Below, piece by piece: positions 39,695-50,316 of a DNA stretch of 64,000 nucleotides. A program made the position numbers and the translations under genes. Numbering within the stretch: the stretch's first letter is position 1; every line of letters starts with the position of its first letter. Below the pieces are notes generated by a model. The model did not search any database, had not been told where the DNA came from, and was given only the letters and a program-made list of their open reading frames with translations. Origin of the DNA: Planctomycetota bacterium (GTDB taxonomy: Bacteria; Planctomycetota; B15-G4; JADJEK01); assembly GCA_044225365.1 (NCBI GenBank), contig JBGAIQ010000006.1, positions 96,001-160,000 of the forward strand. The letters run 5' to 3'.

Positions 39695-40275
39695 TGGGAA
39701 ACGGCTCCCGTCGTCTCCGGTCCGCCGGTGATCGCTCGAGGGGGCAAGCGAGGCGGGAGAGAGGCGTTCGACTTCACGAGCTTCGCGACGAACACCGAGG
39801 CTGCGCAGAGCGAGAGGCTCCACACGCTCGCGATGATCGGGATCGAACGCTCGAGCGGCTCGCCGAACTTCACCGCGCCGAGGCGTTGCCCGGCGAGGTA
39901 GGAGAGCGGTGCCGCGACCGCACCGAGCACGGCGGCGAGCGCGACTCGCCCGACGATCCAGGAGAACGAGTGCAGGAAGGTGGCGGCGAAGAGAACCCAC
40001 ATCGCCACGATCCACGGTGGGCAGAGATACGGAGAAAGTTGTCCGGAATAGGCGAGAGCACCGCTCGAGGCGACTACCGAATCGACGACGAATCCGAACG
40101 GGATCGCGGCGAGCAAGACCTTCGATTCGAGTCGCCGGTCGCGGACGAAGAGCAAGTGAACGAAGGCGACGGCGAGGAGCGTGAACGTCGCGATCCACGG
40201 GCGGCCGTTGCCCGCGAGGATCACCCCCGCGAACCAAGCACCCTGGAACAGCACGAAGTTCACGAAGTTGCGCAT
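39691..40275 (-). CDS. DUF2878 membrane protein
   Basis: NFVLFQ.AW, PPWI..MW..FA.T, PLSY.AG..LGAV. Confidence 0.88.
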   Translation of the reverse strand: MRNFVNFVLFQGAWFAGVILAGNGRPWIATFTLLAVAFVHLLFVRDRRLESKVLLAAIPFGFVVDSVVASSGALAYSGQLSPYLCPPWIVAMWVLFAATFLHSFSWIVGRVALAAVLGAVAAPLSYLAGQRLGAVKFGEPLERSIPIIASVWSLSLCAASVFVAKLVKSNASLPPRLPPRAITGGPETTGAVSQ

Positions 40276-41585
40276 CGACTCTCGACTCGGATGGGAATCA
40301 TCGGCGCCGCGAGCGGCGGCACGATCGAATCGATTCGGCAACGCGGCTTCGTGAGGACGACCTGCACGTCTCCGAGCACTCGTTCCTCGAAGCCACCTTC
40401 GCAATACGCGAAGTAGAACTCGAACAAGCGGCGGAATCGCGCATCGAGGCCGAGCGCAGTGAGGCGGGTTTCATTGCGCAGCATGCGCTCTCGCCAGGCG
40501 CGAAGCGTCGGGGCGTAATGCGGCCCGATGTCCTCGAGATGGAAGATCTTCATGTCGGTCGCTCGCCGGACGCTCGTTGCGATCGCTTCGACCGAAGGGA
40601 TGCAACTGCCCGGAAAGATGTATCGCTGGATGAAGTCAACCGACTTGAGTGCGCTGACGTAGTTCTGATCCTGGATCGTGATCGCCTGCAGCATCATCGC
40701 GCCACCCGGCCGCAGACGGTCCGCACAGGCTCGGAAGTAGGCGTCGTAGAATTCGTGACCGACGGCTTCGATCATCTCGATCGAGACCACCCGATCGAAC
40801 CGACCTTGGTCTCCGAGATCGCGATAGTCCTTCAGCAAGATCGTGACCCGGTCCTCGAGGCCTGCCGCCCGAACTCGCTGCTGCGCGAGCTCGAACTGGG
40901 CCGGCGAGATCGTCGTGGTCGTGACGTGGACTCCGTAGCGGCTCGCGGCGTGGATCGCGAATCCGCCCCATCCGGTGCCGATCTCGAGCACTCGCTGGTT
41001 CGGCTCGAGCGCGAGCTTCTTGCAGATGCGATCGAGCTTCGCGACCGACGCCTCTTCGAGCGTCATTCCCGGGCGATCGAACACCGCGCACGAGTACATC
41101 CATGTCGGGTCGAGGAACGTCGAGAAGAAATCGTTGCCGAGGTCGTAGTGGTCGCGAATGTTCTTCTGACTGCCCTCGCGCGTGTTGCGGCGTCGGCGAT
41201 GATAGTGCTTCAGCACGAACGCACCGAGGCGCGCGAGACCGCCCTCCATCCCATTCAGCGCCTGCCGATTCGCCGCGAAGATGCGAATGACGGCGACCAG
41301 GTCGTCGGCCGTGAAGAAACCGTCGGCGTACGCCGAACCCGCGCCCACCGATCCCTCGAAGGCGACGAGGGAGTAGAATCGTTCGTCGAGCACTCGGATC
41401 GTGGCCGCGACGGGGAACTCGTCCGTCGCCCGACCGAACTCGAACGTCCGCGGGCCATCGATGAGAGTCAGATGTCCGTGCTCGATGCGACGAAGCCGCT
41501 CCACGACCTGGCGCGCGAGGAACGACCCTCGCGAGGCTTCCGGTTTCGTCGCTGCGATGCGTTGGCTCGTATCGAATTCGCTCAT
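40260..41585 (-). CDS. Cfa/UfaM-family fatty-acid SAM methyltransferase
   Basis: HYDLGNDFF, YSCA, LEIGTGWGG, SIEMIEAVG, FIQRYIFPG, YCEGGF. Confidence 0.93.
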   Translation of the reverse strand: MSEFDTSQRIAATKPEASRGSFLARQVVERLRRIEHGHLTLIDGPRTFEFGRATDEFPVAATIRVLDERFYSLVAFEGSVGAGSAYADGFFTADDLVAVIRIFAANRQALNGMEGGLARLGAFVLKHYHRRRRNTREGSQKNIRDHYDLGNDFFSTFLDPTWMYSCAVFDRPGMTLEEASVAKLDRICKKLALEPNQRVLEIGTGWGGFAIHAASRYGVHVTTTTISPAQFELAQQRVRAAGLEDRVTILLKDYRDLGDQGRFDRVVSIEMIEAVGHEFYDAYFRACADRLRPGGAMMLQAITIQDQNYVSALKSVDFIQRYIFPGSCIPSVEAIATSVRRATDMKIFHLEDIGPHYAPTLRAWRERMLRNETRLTALGLDARFRRLFEFYFAYCEGGFEERVLGDVQVVLTKPRCRIDSIVPPLAAPMIPIRVESRCATS

Positions 41586-42400
41586 GTTCGAGGGGTCCTG
41601 CTCGGCGCTTCTTTTACGTCCCCGACCGCCTTCTGGTCGGAAAGGGTGGGGTGCGAATAGAACGTGGCGCCCTTCAGCCGCAGCCGAAGAGCCTGCCAGT
41701 AGATCGCGAGAACGACCTTCGCCGTGAGCCAAGGGTGGACGAGCAGAGTTCGAGCGAGTGAAACCGCCGACATCTCGCGACGTGATAGGGCCATCGTCGC
41801 CGCGAAGAACACGCGACCGCCGCGCGCGTTCTCCATGTGAATCGATGCTCGGTCCTCGGGCACAGTGAACTTCCAGTCATACTCGCAATCCATGGCGATG
41901 AACGGCGAGACGTGGAACGTCTTGGCGAAGTGAAACTGCAGAGCCAATGTGCCGCGAGTCGCCGCGGCCGCGGCATCCAGCACGTAGGTGTGTCGCTCGA
42001 GCCAGGGGGTGTTCGTGATCTCGGCGGCGATCGCGTCGAGAGCGCCGGCAGCGTCGTAGCAGTAGTAGAACGTCACCGGATTGAACGAGAGGAAGAACAT
42101 CCGCGGCGTCGTGAGCATTCGGACGCGTCCGTTCGGGCGCCGTCCGAGTCGTTTCTCGACGGTATCGAGGACCGCTTGCTTCAACGGGACGGCCGCGTCG
42201 CCGTGATAGTCGGCGCGCCGGAACCAGGCCAGAGCCGGACGCGACGTGGACCAGAACCAGCGTCCGGCGAAGACCGTGTCGAGTTCGTCGAGATCGAGCA
42301 GGACGAAGCAGACGTCGTACTCGAACTCGTGTGCGACGGAATCGTTTCGCGCATGTCGGACTCTGCCGAAGTAGAGCGCGTTGTTCGAGGCTCCACTCAC
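41582..42400 (-). CDS. DUF1365 family protein (UfaO-like)
   Basis: V.H.R...H.F.Y, FNPVTFY, EITNTPW.ERH.Y, K.FHVSPF, IYWQAL.L.LKG. Confidence 0.92.
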   Translation of the reverse strand: MSGASNNALYFGRVRHARNDSVAHEFEYDVCFVLLDLDELDTVFAGRWFWSTSRPALAWFRRADYHGDAAVPLKQAVLDTVEKRLGRRPNGRVRMLTTPRMFFLSFNPVTFYYCYDAAGALDAIAAEITNTPWLERHTYVLDAAAAATRGTLALQFHFAKTFHVSPFIAMDCEYDWKFTVPEDRASIHMENARGGRVFFAATMALSRREMSAVSLARTLLVHPWLTAKVVLAIYWQALRLRLKGATFYSHPTLSDQKAVGDVKEAPSRTPRT

Positions 42401-43638
42401 GACAACGCCTCCCCGAACGCCCGTGCGACGGCGAGTCCGCTCTTCACTCCGTCCTCGTGGAACCCGTAACCGAGGTAGGCCCCGCAGTAGAACGTGTTCC
42501 GGACTCCTTGGATCGAATCGACGCGCGACTGCGCTTGGATTGCGTCCCGCGTGTAGATCGGATGTTCGTATTCGAACTTCTGCAGGATCGCGCCGCTGGC
42601 GAGGCGCTCGTCGCGATTCAGGGTCACGCAGTATTCGCGCTTCGACGTGAGGGACTGCAGCCGGTTCATCCAGTAGGTCACGCCGAGTTCACCTTCTCCG
42701 TCGCGATGGTAGTTCCACGCCGCCCAGGCCTTTCTCCTCCGGGGCAGGATCGACGAATCGGTGTGCAGGGTGACGGCGTTCTTCTGATACGGGATCGCGG
42801 AGAGGACGGCACGTTCCGCGTCACTCGGATCCTCGAGCATGCGTAACGCTTGATCGCTGTGGGCCGCGATGATGACGCGATCGAATCTCTCCACCGTGCC
42901 GCCGCGCGTCCGGACGTGTACGCCGTCCGCGTCGCGTCGCACGCTCGCGATCGGGCAGTTGGTTCGAACCGAGTCCTCGAAGCCAGCGACGAGTCGCTCG
43001 ACGTAGGTCGACGAGCCGCCCTTCACGACGTACCACTGCGGACGATCGTCCACCGTCAGGAATCCATGATTGTCGAAGAAGCGCGCGAACGTCGGGAAGG
43101 GGAACTCGAGCATCCGCGAGGGCTCCGCCGACCAGATCGCGGCGCCCATCGGCACGATGTAGCGCTCGACGAAACTTCGGCCGTATCCGTGCTCGCGAAT
43201 GAAGTCACCGAGAGTGATGTCGGCGGAACCATTCGCGGCAAAGCGCGTCGCGTCGCGATTGAATCGCAGGATGTCGCGCACCATCGACAGGAAGCTCGGG
43301 CGGAGGAGATTCCGTCGTTGCGCGAAGAGGGTATCGAGCGAGGTTCCGTTGTACTCGATCCCGGAGTCCTCGCACCGCACCGAGAAACTCATGTCGCTCT
43401 TCTGGGAGGCGACGCCGAGCGCTTTCAGCAGTCGAATGAAGTTCGGATACGTGCGTTCGTTGAAGACGATGAATCCGGTATCGACCGCGAGCTCGCGATC
43501 CTCGTCGCGGACTCGCACCGTGTGCGTGTGGCCGCCGATCCAGTCGTTGGCTTCGAATAGGGTGACCTCGTGGTGCCGGCGCAACAGGTACCACGCCGTG
43601 AGACCCGAGATCCCCGCTCCGACGATGGCGATCTTCAT
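42397..43638 (-). CDS. FAD-dependent oxidoreductase (UfaD-like)
   Basis: IVGAGISG, GGHTHT, VDTGFIVFN..TYPN, GYGFHEDG. Confidence 0.92.
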   Translation of the reverse strand: MKIAIVGAGISGLTAWYLLRRHHEVTLFEANDWIGGHTHTVRVRDEDRELAVDTGFIVFNERTYPNFIRLLKALGVASQKSDMSFSVRCEDSGIEYNGTSLDTLFAQRRNLLRPSFLSMVRDILRFNRDATRFAANGSADITLGDFIREHGYGRSFVERYIVPMGAAIWSAEPSRMLEFPFPTFARFFDNHGFLTVDDRPQWYVVKGGSSTYVERLVAGFEDSVRTNCPIASVRRDADGVHVRTRGGTVERFDRVIIAAHSDQALRMLEDPSDAERAVLSAIPYQKNAVTLHTDSSILPRRRKAWAAWNYHRDGEGELGVTYWMNRLQSLTSKREYCVTLNRDERLASGAILQKFEYEHPIYTRDAIQAQSRVDSIQGVRNTFYCGAYLGYGFHEDGVKSGLAVARAFGEALS

Positions 43639-44639
43639 GATCGTTCCGGCTGCACGTTCTTCGGATCACGGGCCTCACGACGGACTCCGGCACGCTCGCC
43701 GGGATAGACGTGCGCAGGGACGGGGCGCAGATCCGAGATGAGCCCGAGAGCTTCGAGGACGCGCAATCCCAGGTACGTGATGTCGATCTCGTACCAGGCG
43801 AAGCCCTGCTTCACCGAGTGCGGGTAGTGATGGTGATTGTTGTGCCAGCCCTCGCCGAACGTGAGCGCCGCGAGCCACGGGTTGTTCCGACTTTCGTCGC
43901 CCGTCTCATAACGCCGGGAGCCGAAGCGGTGCGAGAGTGAATTGATCGTGCAGGTCGCGTGGAAGAGCACCACGGTCGAGATGAAATACCCCCAGACCAC
44001 GAGTTGCATTCCGCTCGTCCCGAGTTGCGGAGATGCGAGTTCCAGGAACCGACCGACGGCGTAGAGGGAGGCGGCGAGGATCAGGGGGGCGAAGGTGTCG
44101 AAGCGGTCGAGGAATCTCAGTTCCCTATATCGGGCGAGATCGGGAACGGCTCCCACGGGAGTCGCGAAGTTCTCCTTCGACATGATCCATCCCATGTGCG
44201 ACCAGAGCATCCCGTGCCGACCCGGTGAGTGAACGTCGTCCGCGGTGTCGCTCACTCGATGGTGATTGCGATGGTGTCCCGCCCACCACAAGGGTCCGCG
44301 CTGCGTCGCGGTCGCGCCGGTGAAGGCGAAGACGAATTGCATGAATCTCGAAGTACGGAACGAGCGATGGGAGAAGTAGCGGTGATAGAAGCCGGTGATG
44401 GCGAACATCCGAACGGCATAGAGCACGAGCGCCGCGGCCACCGCGATCGTGCTCACGCCGTAGACGAATGCGAGCAGACACGCGGCATGCAGCAGGACGA
44501 ACGGCAGGCATCGCAGCCAGTCGATCTCCTTCGTCGTCGGGTTCGCCATCGGAGCGTGCGCGTTGTCGAACCAACGCCGCAACGTCGCAAGCACACTCGA
44601 GCGAAGGCCCGTGGATCTCTCCGCCGATCGAGATCTCAC
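43635..44639 (-). CDS. Acyl-CoA (delta-9-type) desaturase
   Basis: His boxes HRYFSH, HRNHH, HNNHH. GTG overlaps the upstream stop (alternative ATG at 44549). Confidence 0.93.
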   Translation of the reverse strand: MRSRSAERSTGLRSSVLATLRRWFDNAHAPMANPTTKEIDWLRCLPFVLLHAACLLAFVYGVSTIAVAAALVLYAVRMFAITGFYHRYFSHRSFRTSRFMQFVFAFTGATATQRGPLWWAGHHRNHHRVSDTADDVHSPGRHGMLWSHMGWIMSKENFATPVGAVPDLARYRELRFLDRFDTFAPLILAASLYAVGRFLELASPQLGTSGMQLVVWGYFISTVVLFHATCTINSLSHRFGSRRYETGDESRNNPWLAALTFGEGWHNNHHHYPHSVKQGFAWYEIDITYLGLRVLEALGLISDLRPVPAHVYPGERAGVRREARDPKNVQPERS

Positions 44640-45697
44640 GAGCGCCCTCCATTGCGCTTGCTGAAGAGGTAGTGAGCGACCCACCACTCCGAGCCATCGT
44701 TCCAGGCGAACAGCTCCGCGCAAGCGAGGAAGAAGACGCGCCAGCGTTGGAACCACTTCTCGCCCTCGCCCGCGCCGTACGTGCGATCGAAGAGCGCGAT
44801 CACGGCATCGCGATGGCGATCGATCCGATCGAGCCAGGCTTCCGCCGTCCTCCCGTAGTGGACGCCGCTCACGACCCAATGGTCGTCCGCGGCGAGATCG
44901 TCCTGGAAGTGCAGAAAGAGGTCGTCGGAGGGCATCTGGCCTCCGGTGAAGAAGTACCTCCCCATCCAATCGTCGTCGCTCTCGGTCTCGAACGGATAGG
45001 CCGCCTGCTTGTGACAGAAGACGTGGAAGAACAGCTTGCCGTCGGCTTCGAGCCAGGTCGCGATACGCGCGAAGAGCTCCTCGTAGTTCCGAAGGTGCTC
45101 GAACATCTCGACCGACACGACCCGATCGAATCGCGCTTCGCCTGCGTGCTGCGGCGGCTCGAACGTGTTGATGTCGGCCGTGATGATCTCGACGTTCGTG
45201 CGCCCGATCTCCGCGAGTCGTTTCTCGATGTGCTTCTTCTGCGACGCGGAGTTCGAGACCGCGACGATCCGGGCATTCGGATACCGCTCCGCCATCCAAA
45301 CGGTGAGCGATCCCCAGCCGCAGCCGAGTTCGAGGATCCGCTGGCCATCCGCGAGATTCGCGCGTTCGCAGGTCATACGGAGCATGTCGGCCTCGGCGAC
45401 GTCGAGGTCGGCCACCCCTTCGTTGAAGTAGGCCGAGCTGTACTTTCGATGACGACCCAGCACGAGTTCGAAGAACTCGGGCGGCACTTCGTAATGCTGC
45501 TCGTTGGCAGCGCGAGTCTCGATCGCGAGCGGACTCTGCCGCAACGCCTCGATCCAACGGCGCTGACGCTCACTGCGCGCCTCGACTCCGCCGCGTTCGA
45601 GCTCGCCGATTCGACGCTTCAGGAGCCTTCGAATGCCGTAGCGGAGCATGGGCCGCGGCACGATGCCTTTGTCGATGATGGTGTCGAGGAGGGGCAA
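44636..45697 (-). CDS. SAM-dependent methyltransferase (Cfa-like, coclaurine-N-methyltransferase-like clade)
   Basis: [31 protein letters not shown]. Confidence 0.9.
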   Translation of the reverse strand: MPLLDTIIDKGIVPRPMLRYGIRRLLKRRIGELERGGVEARSERQRRWIEALRQSPLAIETRAANEQHYEVPPEFFELVLGRHRKYSSAYFNEGVADLDVAEADMLRMTCERANLADGQRILELGCGWGSLTVWMAERYPNARIVAVSNSASQKKHIEKRLAEIGRTNVEIITADINTFEPPQHAGEARFDRVVSVEMFEHLRNYEELFARIATWLEADGKLFFHVFCHKQAAYPFETESDDDWMGRYFFTGGQMPSDDLFLHFQDDLAADDHWVVSGVHYGRTAEAWLDRIDRHRDAVIALFDRTYGAGEGEKWFQRWRVFFLACAELFAWNDGSEWWVAHYLFSKRNGGRS

Positions 45698-45706
45698 GTT
45701 CGAACC

Positions 45707-46510
45707 TCAGGCTGAAGTACGGGGGAACCAGGGAATGAACGGGCTCGTGGTGCGCTGATACTCGCGATACGCGTCGCCACGCGAGCGGAGCGCCTGCGTC
45801 TCGGTCGGCGGGATGCCGGTGACCTTGAGCACGAGGAGGAGCATCACCGGCGGCGCGATCCAGGTCATCCAGTCGTAACTGAAGGATCCGCCGCTCGCGA
45901 GGATGGGATACGCGAGCCAGTGCAGCCACTCGAAGAAGTAGTTGGGATGCCGAGAGTATCGCCACAGGCCGACACGACAGACCTTGCCTCGATGACTCGA
46001 ATCCGATCGGAACCTCTCCAATTGTCGGTCGGCGACCGCCTCACCGAGGATCGATGCGACGAAACAGGCACCCCCGAACGCCAGTGGCAGCGCAGTCCCA
46101 GGAGGATCGAGAAGGACACCGAGACAGGACAAGGACAGCACGACGACGGAGAGAGCCTGAGCCTGGAAGAAGCCGAAGAACCAGCCGTGCGCCGAGGCGC
46201 CTTTCGCGGCGCGGATCGCCGCATAACGCCCGTCCTCCTTCACGTGCCCGAGGACGCGGTGCGCAAGGAGATGCCACGCGAGCCGGACGGCCCACGTGCA
46301 GACGAGGACGACGACGACCCACGACGCCGCATCTCGCCGCTCGAGCGCGATCGCGTAGAAGATCGCGGTCGGCGCGAAGGCGAACGACCAGACCACATCG
46401 ACGATGCTCGCGTCCTCCCGACGCTTCTGGACGACCCACGCGGCCGCGAAGAGGACGGCAAGGCCGCCCCAAGCGAGCAGGAGGATCGAGGTCGTATGGA
46501 GCACCGTCAT
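45707..46510 (-). CDS. DUF1295 (steroid 5-alpha-reductase-like) membrane protein
   Basis: VDVVW, EDGRY, AD.QL..F, GLWRYSRHPNYFFE. Confidence 0.92.
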   Translation of the reverse strand: MTVLHTTSILLLAWGGLAVLFAAAWVVQKRREDASIVDVVWSFAFAPTAIFYAIALERRDAASWVVVVLVCTWAVRLAWHLLAHRVLGHVKEDGRYAAIRAAKGASAHGWFFGFFQAQALSVVVLSLSCLGVLLDPPGTALPLAFGGACFVASILGEAVADRQLERFRSDSSHRGKVCRVGLWRYSRHPNYFFEWLHWLAYPILASGGSFSYDWMTWIAPPVMLLLVLKVTGIPPTETQALRSRGDAYREYQRTTSPFIPWFPRTSA

Positions 46511-46528
46511 GGGAGTCTCGTCCTCCCC

Positions 46529-46556
46529 TTCGCAGCCGGCACCCAACCTGGATTCA
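46529..46556 (-). promoter_or_regulatory. Putative ECF promoter of the lipid operon
   Basis: TGAATCC-N17-CGAA just upstream of the GGAGG RBS of the DUF1295 gene. Confidence 0.5.
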
Positions 46557-46597
46557 ACCGCCTGTCTTTTTTTCGAGATGAGCCGCGTCCGTCGGGG

Positions 46598-49501
46598 TCA
46601 TGGGACCTTGCACCGTTCCAAGCCGGCCTTCGCCGCATCGAGCAGCCCGCCACGCGCTCCGAGATCGATCACGCGCGAGTAGCACGCCTTTGCGAGCGGC
46701 TTCGCATCGTCGCCCTCCGAGCACTCGTAGACGCGCCCGAGTTGGAAGAACGGCTCTGCGGTGTACGGAAAGGCCTCCGCGAGACCCCGAGCGTCCGCGG
46801 CGAGCTTCGTATCGGCGTGATCGCCGCGAGCGAATCGCTCCGTGCGCGCGGTGATCGCTGCGAGACGATCGATGTACGCAGGGGACGCCCCCTTCAGGAA
46901 TTCGTCGCTGATGCGCGTCATCGCATCGATGTCGCCATCGTTCGCGAGTCGGTCGTAGACGCGGGATCGCAACGCGAGGTTGCCGGACACCGCGAGAAGT
47001 CTCTGAGTGATCGCCGTGACATCGCGATCGACCCGGGATACGGCGTCGATCAGCGCCCGATCCACTGCGCCGGTGCAGGCCGTCTCGATCGCCTCCGGGC
47101 GCGTACCGACGAAGAGTCGGCGTCCGAGGCGTTGATCGAGGGTGTCCGCGATTCGAGCAGCGTCGTTGCGATCGTGATCGAGGCCGGAGACGACGAAGTC
47201 GCACGCCGAGACTCCGACCGCGAACTCGGCATCCGCATAGACAGCGAAGGCCGGTCGCGAGAACGGGAGTTGAGTGGGACCCGAATCGACCCACTCACCG
47301 CCCGCCGCGATCACCGTCCTCGCGACGAGCGCCGCGAGCAACGCAGCCCCTTCCGACCCGCAGAGGTAGGCCCCCCTGGTCACGCGAAGCACATCGATCA
47401 CGTCGTCGACTCCGCGCGCTTCGGTCGGCAGCGACAATCCGAATCGCTCGCGTGCCCCGTGATCCGCGGCGCCGAGGAACGCCTCGATTGCGGCCGGCGA
47501 TTCGATCGCAGCCCAAGGCGAGCTGAACTTGCATTGCGCGATCGCGTCGCGCGCGACCTCGCGCATCATCTGCGCGGACGGGAGCGCGCACGCTCCTCCG
47601 AGTCGCCGCGCGTCGTCGAGCGGGATCGAGTAGAAGTTCCACCGCGATCCCTTGTCGTCGAGCGCCGAGGTCGCTGCGAAGAGGAGCTTCCCTCCGGCGA
47701 CACTCATCCCGACGCCGTCCGTGCCGCCGAGGAGGCGTTCGCGCGAGCCGTCCGCATGAATCCACCAGATCCCGTAGGTTTCGTTCTCCGGGGCGCCCGT
47801 GAAGAGGACACCGTCGTCGGCTCGCGCCAGTTCGCGCAGGTACGAGTATCGCAGCAGGTCGGTACGCACGCCGCTACGGAGGTCCAGGCTCGAGAGGGAG
47901 CCGGGACGATCCCCCGAAACGTCGACCTCGGTGACGCCGACGTACAGGAGCTTCGCCGACGCATCGAGTTGACTATCTCCGACCCAGCCGGGTCTCCACG
48001 TCGCGATCGGTCGCTCGGCGCCATCCACTCCACGCAAGACGAAGTCGATCGGAACCGCGGTCTCTTGGACCACGAACCCGAGCGGGACGGGACCCTTCGT
48101 CGCATTCGAGTAGCGGACGAGCGCGATCCCAGAGTCGGTCTCGCCGCAGAGTCGCGTCGCGGAGAACGACACCGGGGCCTCCTGGCCTTCCGGGCCGATT
48201 CGAACGAGTCCGTCACGGCCCTGCGTGATCAACGAGTTGCCGAGCGTCGAGACTCCCCGACCCTGTACCTCACTCCCTTCGTAGAGAGGTTTTGCAGCGA
48301 CGAAGTCGCGCTCGATTCGCAGGATGGACCGGCGAGTCGTGACGAGGATCCCACCGTCGAGGGCGGCATCGGCATCGACGACATCGAAGTCGAGGCTCGT
48401 AACGAATCGGCTCGCCGAGAGGAAGGCGGCGAACTCCGCTCCAGGTGTCCTGTGCGCCTTGGAAGCGGGCGGCAGCGTGAAGGGATCGAGGGGTCGAGGA
48501 GGATCGATCGTGATCGAATCGATCAAGGCCCGACGGATGCGGGAGACGGATTCGACCGGCGCTGGGTAGATCAGTCGGATGTCGATCGTTCTCTCGGCGG
48601 AGATCTCCGCGACGATCATCTCGATCATTTGCCCCTTGTTCCCAGGCATCTGGCGGACTTCGCGCAGGGCCGGCTTTCCGGCGAGTTGGAAGCGAGTGCG
48701 CGGCATCTCGGCGGGGATCGACTCGTCGCACCCGACCTTGGCGACGATGTCGTCGAGTACTCCCTCGAGTCCCGCGGGATCGGGCTTCGAACCTCGTAGG
48801 AAGTGGACCGCCACGTCCCCGTTGGGGCTGACGAGCGAGAGCAGAGGATCGTTCGCGACCTTCTTCGCGTCGATCTCCGCAGGCACGTGCGAGACACGCA
48901 CGGCCGAATCGTCGACTCGCACGATGCGGGTGCGCGGGCGCGTCGACCGTCCCCACGGGCTCTTCGCGCTCGGGAATTCGAGAGCGGTCCGAAGCTTCGT
49001 CCCATCGGCCTCGCCGTCCTTCGCGCGATCGGCATCGATCTGGGACAGGATTAGGAAACCTAGTCCATTGCGCGATACGACCTGGACCACTGCGTGGCGT
49101 CGAACCTTGAGCTCGGTGATCTCGCACGAGAGTCGGCTCCAGTCGGTCTCCGTCGTCGAGGACTCCGAGGAGTGGAACTCGAACTCCGACGTGATCTTCG
49201 CGTCGAGATTGCGGTCGAGCGCACCGAACCAGTTCTCGATCACTCGTCGATGATCGGCCTCGACATCGACGGTTTGGCCGCACTCGACGACGAACAAGTA
49301 CGTGTACGCCTTCTTCTCGGAGTCCACCTCGCGAACGAACTGGTCGTCGCCGGCGCTCGCCACGATCCGCTGCCGCCTCCATCCCTCGTCGCAGTGCATC
49401 TTCGCGCCATGGGTCCCGATGTCGAAGTCTTCGCGCGCGATCGAGACTCGAGCCCCGGCGAGACATGCGAGCGCGACGATTCCATCGGCGATTCGGCGCA
49501 C
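46598..49501 (-). CDS. Large secreted hypothetical protein (probable beta-rich/propeller middle, TPR-like C-terminus)
   Basis: AAGGAGG RBS before GTG 49501, signal peptide, FFQLGRVYE...AKACYSRVI TPR-like end; about 967 aa. Confidence 0.7.
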   Translation of the reverse strand: MRRIADGIVALACLAGARVSIAREDFDIGTHGAKMHCDEGWRRQRIVASAGDDQFVREVDSEKKAYTYLFVVECGQTVDVEADHRRVIENWFGALDRNLDAKITSEFEFHSSESSTTETDWSRLSCEITELKVRRHAVVQVVSRNGLGFLILSQIDADRAKDGEADGTKLRTALEFPSAKSPWGRSTRPRTRIVRVDDSAVRVSHVPAEIDAKKVANDPLLSLVSPNGDVAVHFLRGSKPDPAGLEGVLDDIVAKVGCDESIPAEMPRTRFQLAGKPALREVRQMPGNKGQMIEMIVAEISAERTIDIRLIYPAPVESVSRIRRALIDSITIDPPRPLDPFTLPPASKAHRTPGAEFAAFLSASRFVTSLDFDVVDADAALDGGILVTTRRSILRIERDFVAAKPLYEGSEVQGRGVSTLGNSLITQGRDGLVRIGPEGQEAPVSFSATRLCGETDSGIALVRYSNATKGPVPLGFVVQETAVPIDFVLRGVDGAERPIATWRPGWVGDSQLDASAKLLYVGVTEVDVSGDRPGSLSSLDLRSGVRTDLLRYSYLRELARADDGVLFTGAPENETYGIWWIHADGSRERLLGGTDGVGMSVAGGKLLFAATSALDDKGSRWNFYSIPLDDARRLGGACALPSAQMMREVARDAIAQCKFSSPWAAIESPAAIEAFLGAADHGARERFGLSLPTEARGVDDVIDVLRVTRGAYLCGSEGAALLAALVARTVIAAGGEWVDSGPTQLPFSRPAFAVYADAEFAVGVSACDFVVSGLDHDRNDAARIADTLDQRLGRRLFVGTRPEAIETACTGAVDRALIDAVSRVDRDVTAITQRLLAVSGNLALRSRVYDRLANDGDIDAMTRISDEFLKGASPAYIDRLAAITARTERFARGDHADTKLAADARGLAEAFPYTAEPFFQLGRVYECSEGDDAKPLAKACYSRVIDLGARGGLLDAAKAGLERCKVP

Positions 49502-49539
49502 GGAACTTCCTCCTTCGGACGCCCGCGCGCGGGCCCGAG

Positions 49540-50316
49540 TCACGGCTGAGCGAGTGCAGCGATGCGGGATCGGTCCGAAACCACCACCCCGCCCGGTTTC
49601 TCCACGGTCACGGCGAACAACGCGGGCTCGGTCACGCGAATCTTCGCTTCGATCGGCACGATCGCGTCCGGGCCCTCGCAGTCGAACACGCCGCCATCGA
49701 CCGGGTAGCGATCGTCGCGCGTCTTGTCGAAGATCCACAGTTGGTATTGCTCGGCCTTGGCCTCGTTCGCTTTGAGGCCATGGAAGACCATGAAGCCCCG
49801 CTGCTCCTCAGAGGACCACACCACCTCGCCGTTCATACCGGACCCGGTTCCAAGCGGATCCGGCCCGGCCTTCCAGTTCCAACGCTTCACATCGTGCGCG
49901 CGCGCGACGAGGCGATCCACCTCGAGTTGCGCCGCGGCGAGCGAGCGGTCGCCGAAAGTCTCGCGGGGAGTCTTCAGCAGGAAGAGGAATCCCGTGAGGA
50001 CGACTGCGGCTGCGGCGAGATAGACGAGCGTATGCAAGCGGCGGAGTCCCTTGGGCGCCGATCGGGACTCGCCGGCCTGGGCCGTCGCCCGCAGGATCCG
50101 ATCCCGCAGTGATGGCGGTAGCGGCTCCCGATCGCGCGCAGCGATCGCAAGGTCGGCCTCGGCGACGGTCTCCATCAGCACTCGACGGGGCACGTCGCGA
50201 TGTCGCGCGAGCAGATGATCGAGTTCGCTGCGTTCCGACGCCGCGAGGCAGCCGAGGGCCTCGTCGGCGAGCAGTTCGAGCAAGCGCTCGCGCTCGGTTC
50301 GAAGAGTGCCGCTCAT
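49540..50316 (-). CDS. Anti-sigma factor, RskA family
   Basis: N-terminal ASD (LL...ALG.L...E), TM, QYQLW, FAVTVE.PGG..VS. Confidence 0.9.
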   Translation of the reverse strand: MSGTLRTERERLLELLADEALGCLAASERSELDHLLARHRDVPRRVLMETVAEADLAIAARDREPLPPSLRDRILRATAQAGESRSAPKGLRRLHTLVYLAAAAVVLTGFLFLLKTPRETFGDRSLAAAQLEVDRLVARAHDVKRWNWKAGPDPLGTGSGMNGEVVWSSEEQRGFMVFHGLKANEAKAEQYQLWIFDKTRDDRYPVDGGVFDCEGPDAIVPIEAKIRVTEPALFAVTVEKPGGVVVSDRSRIAALAQP

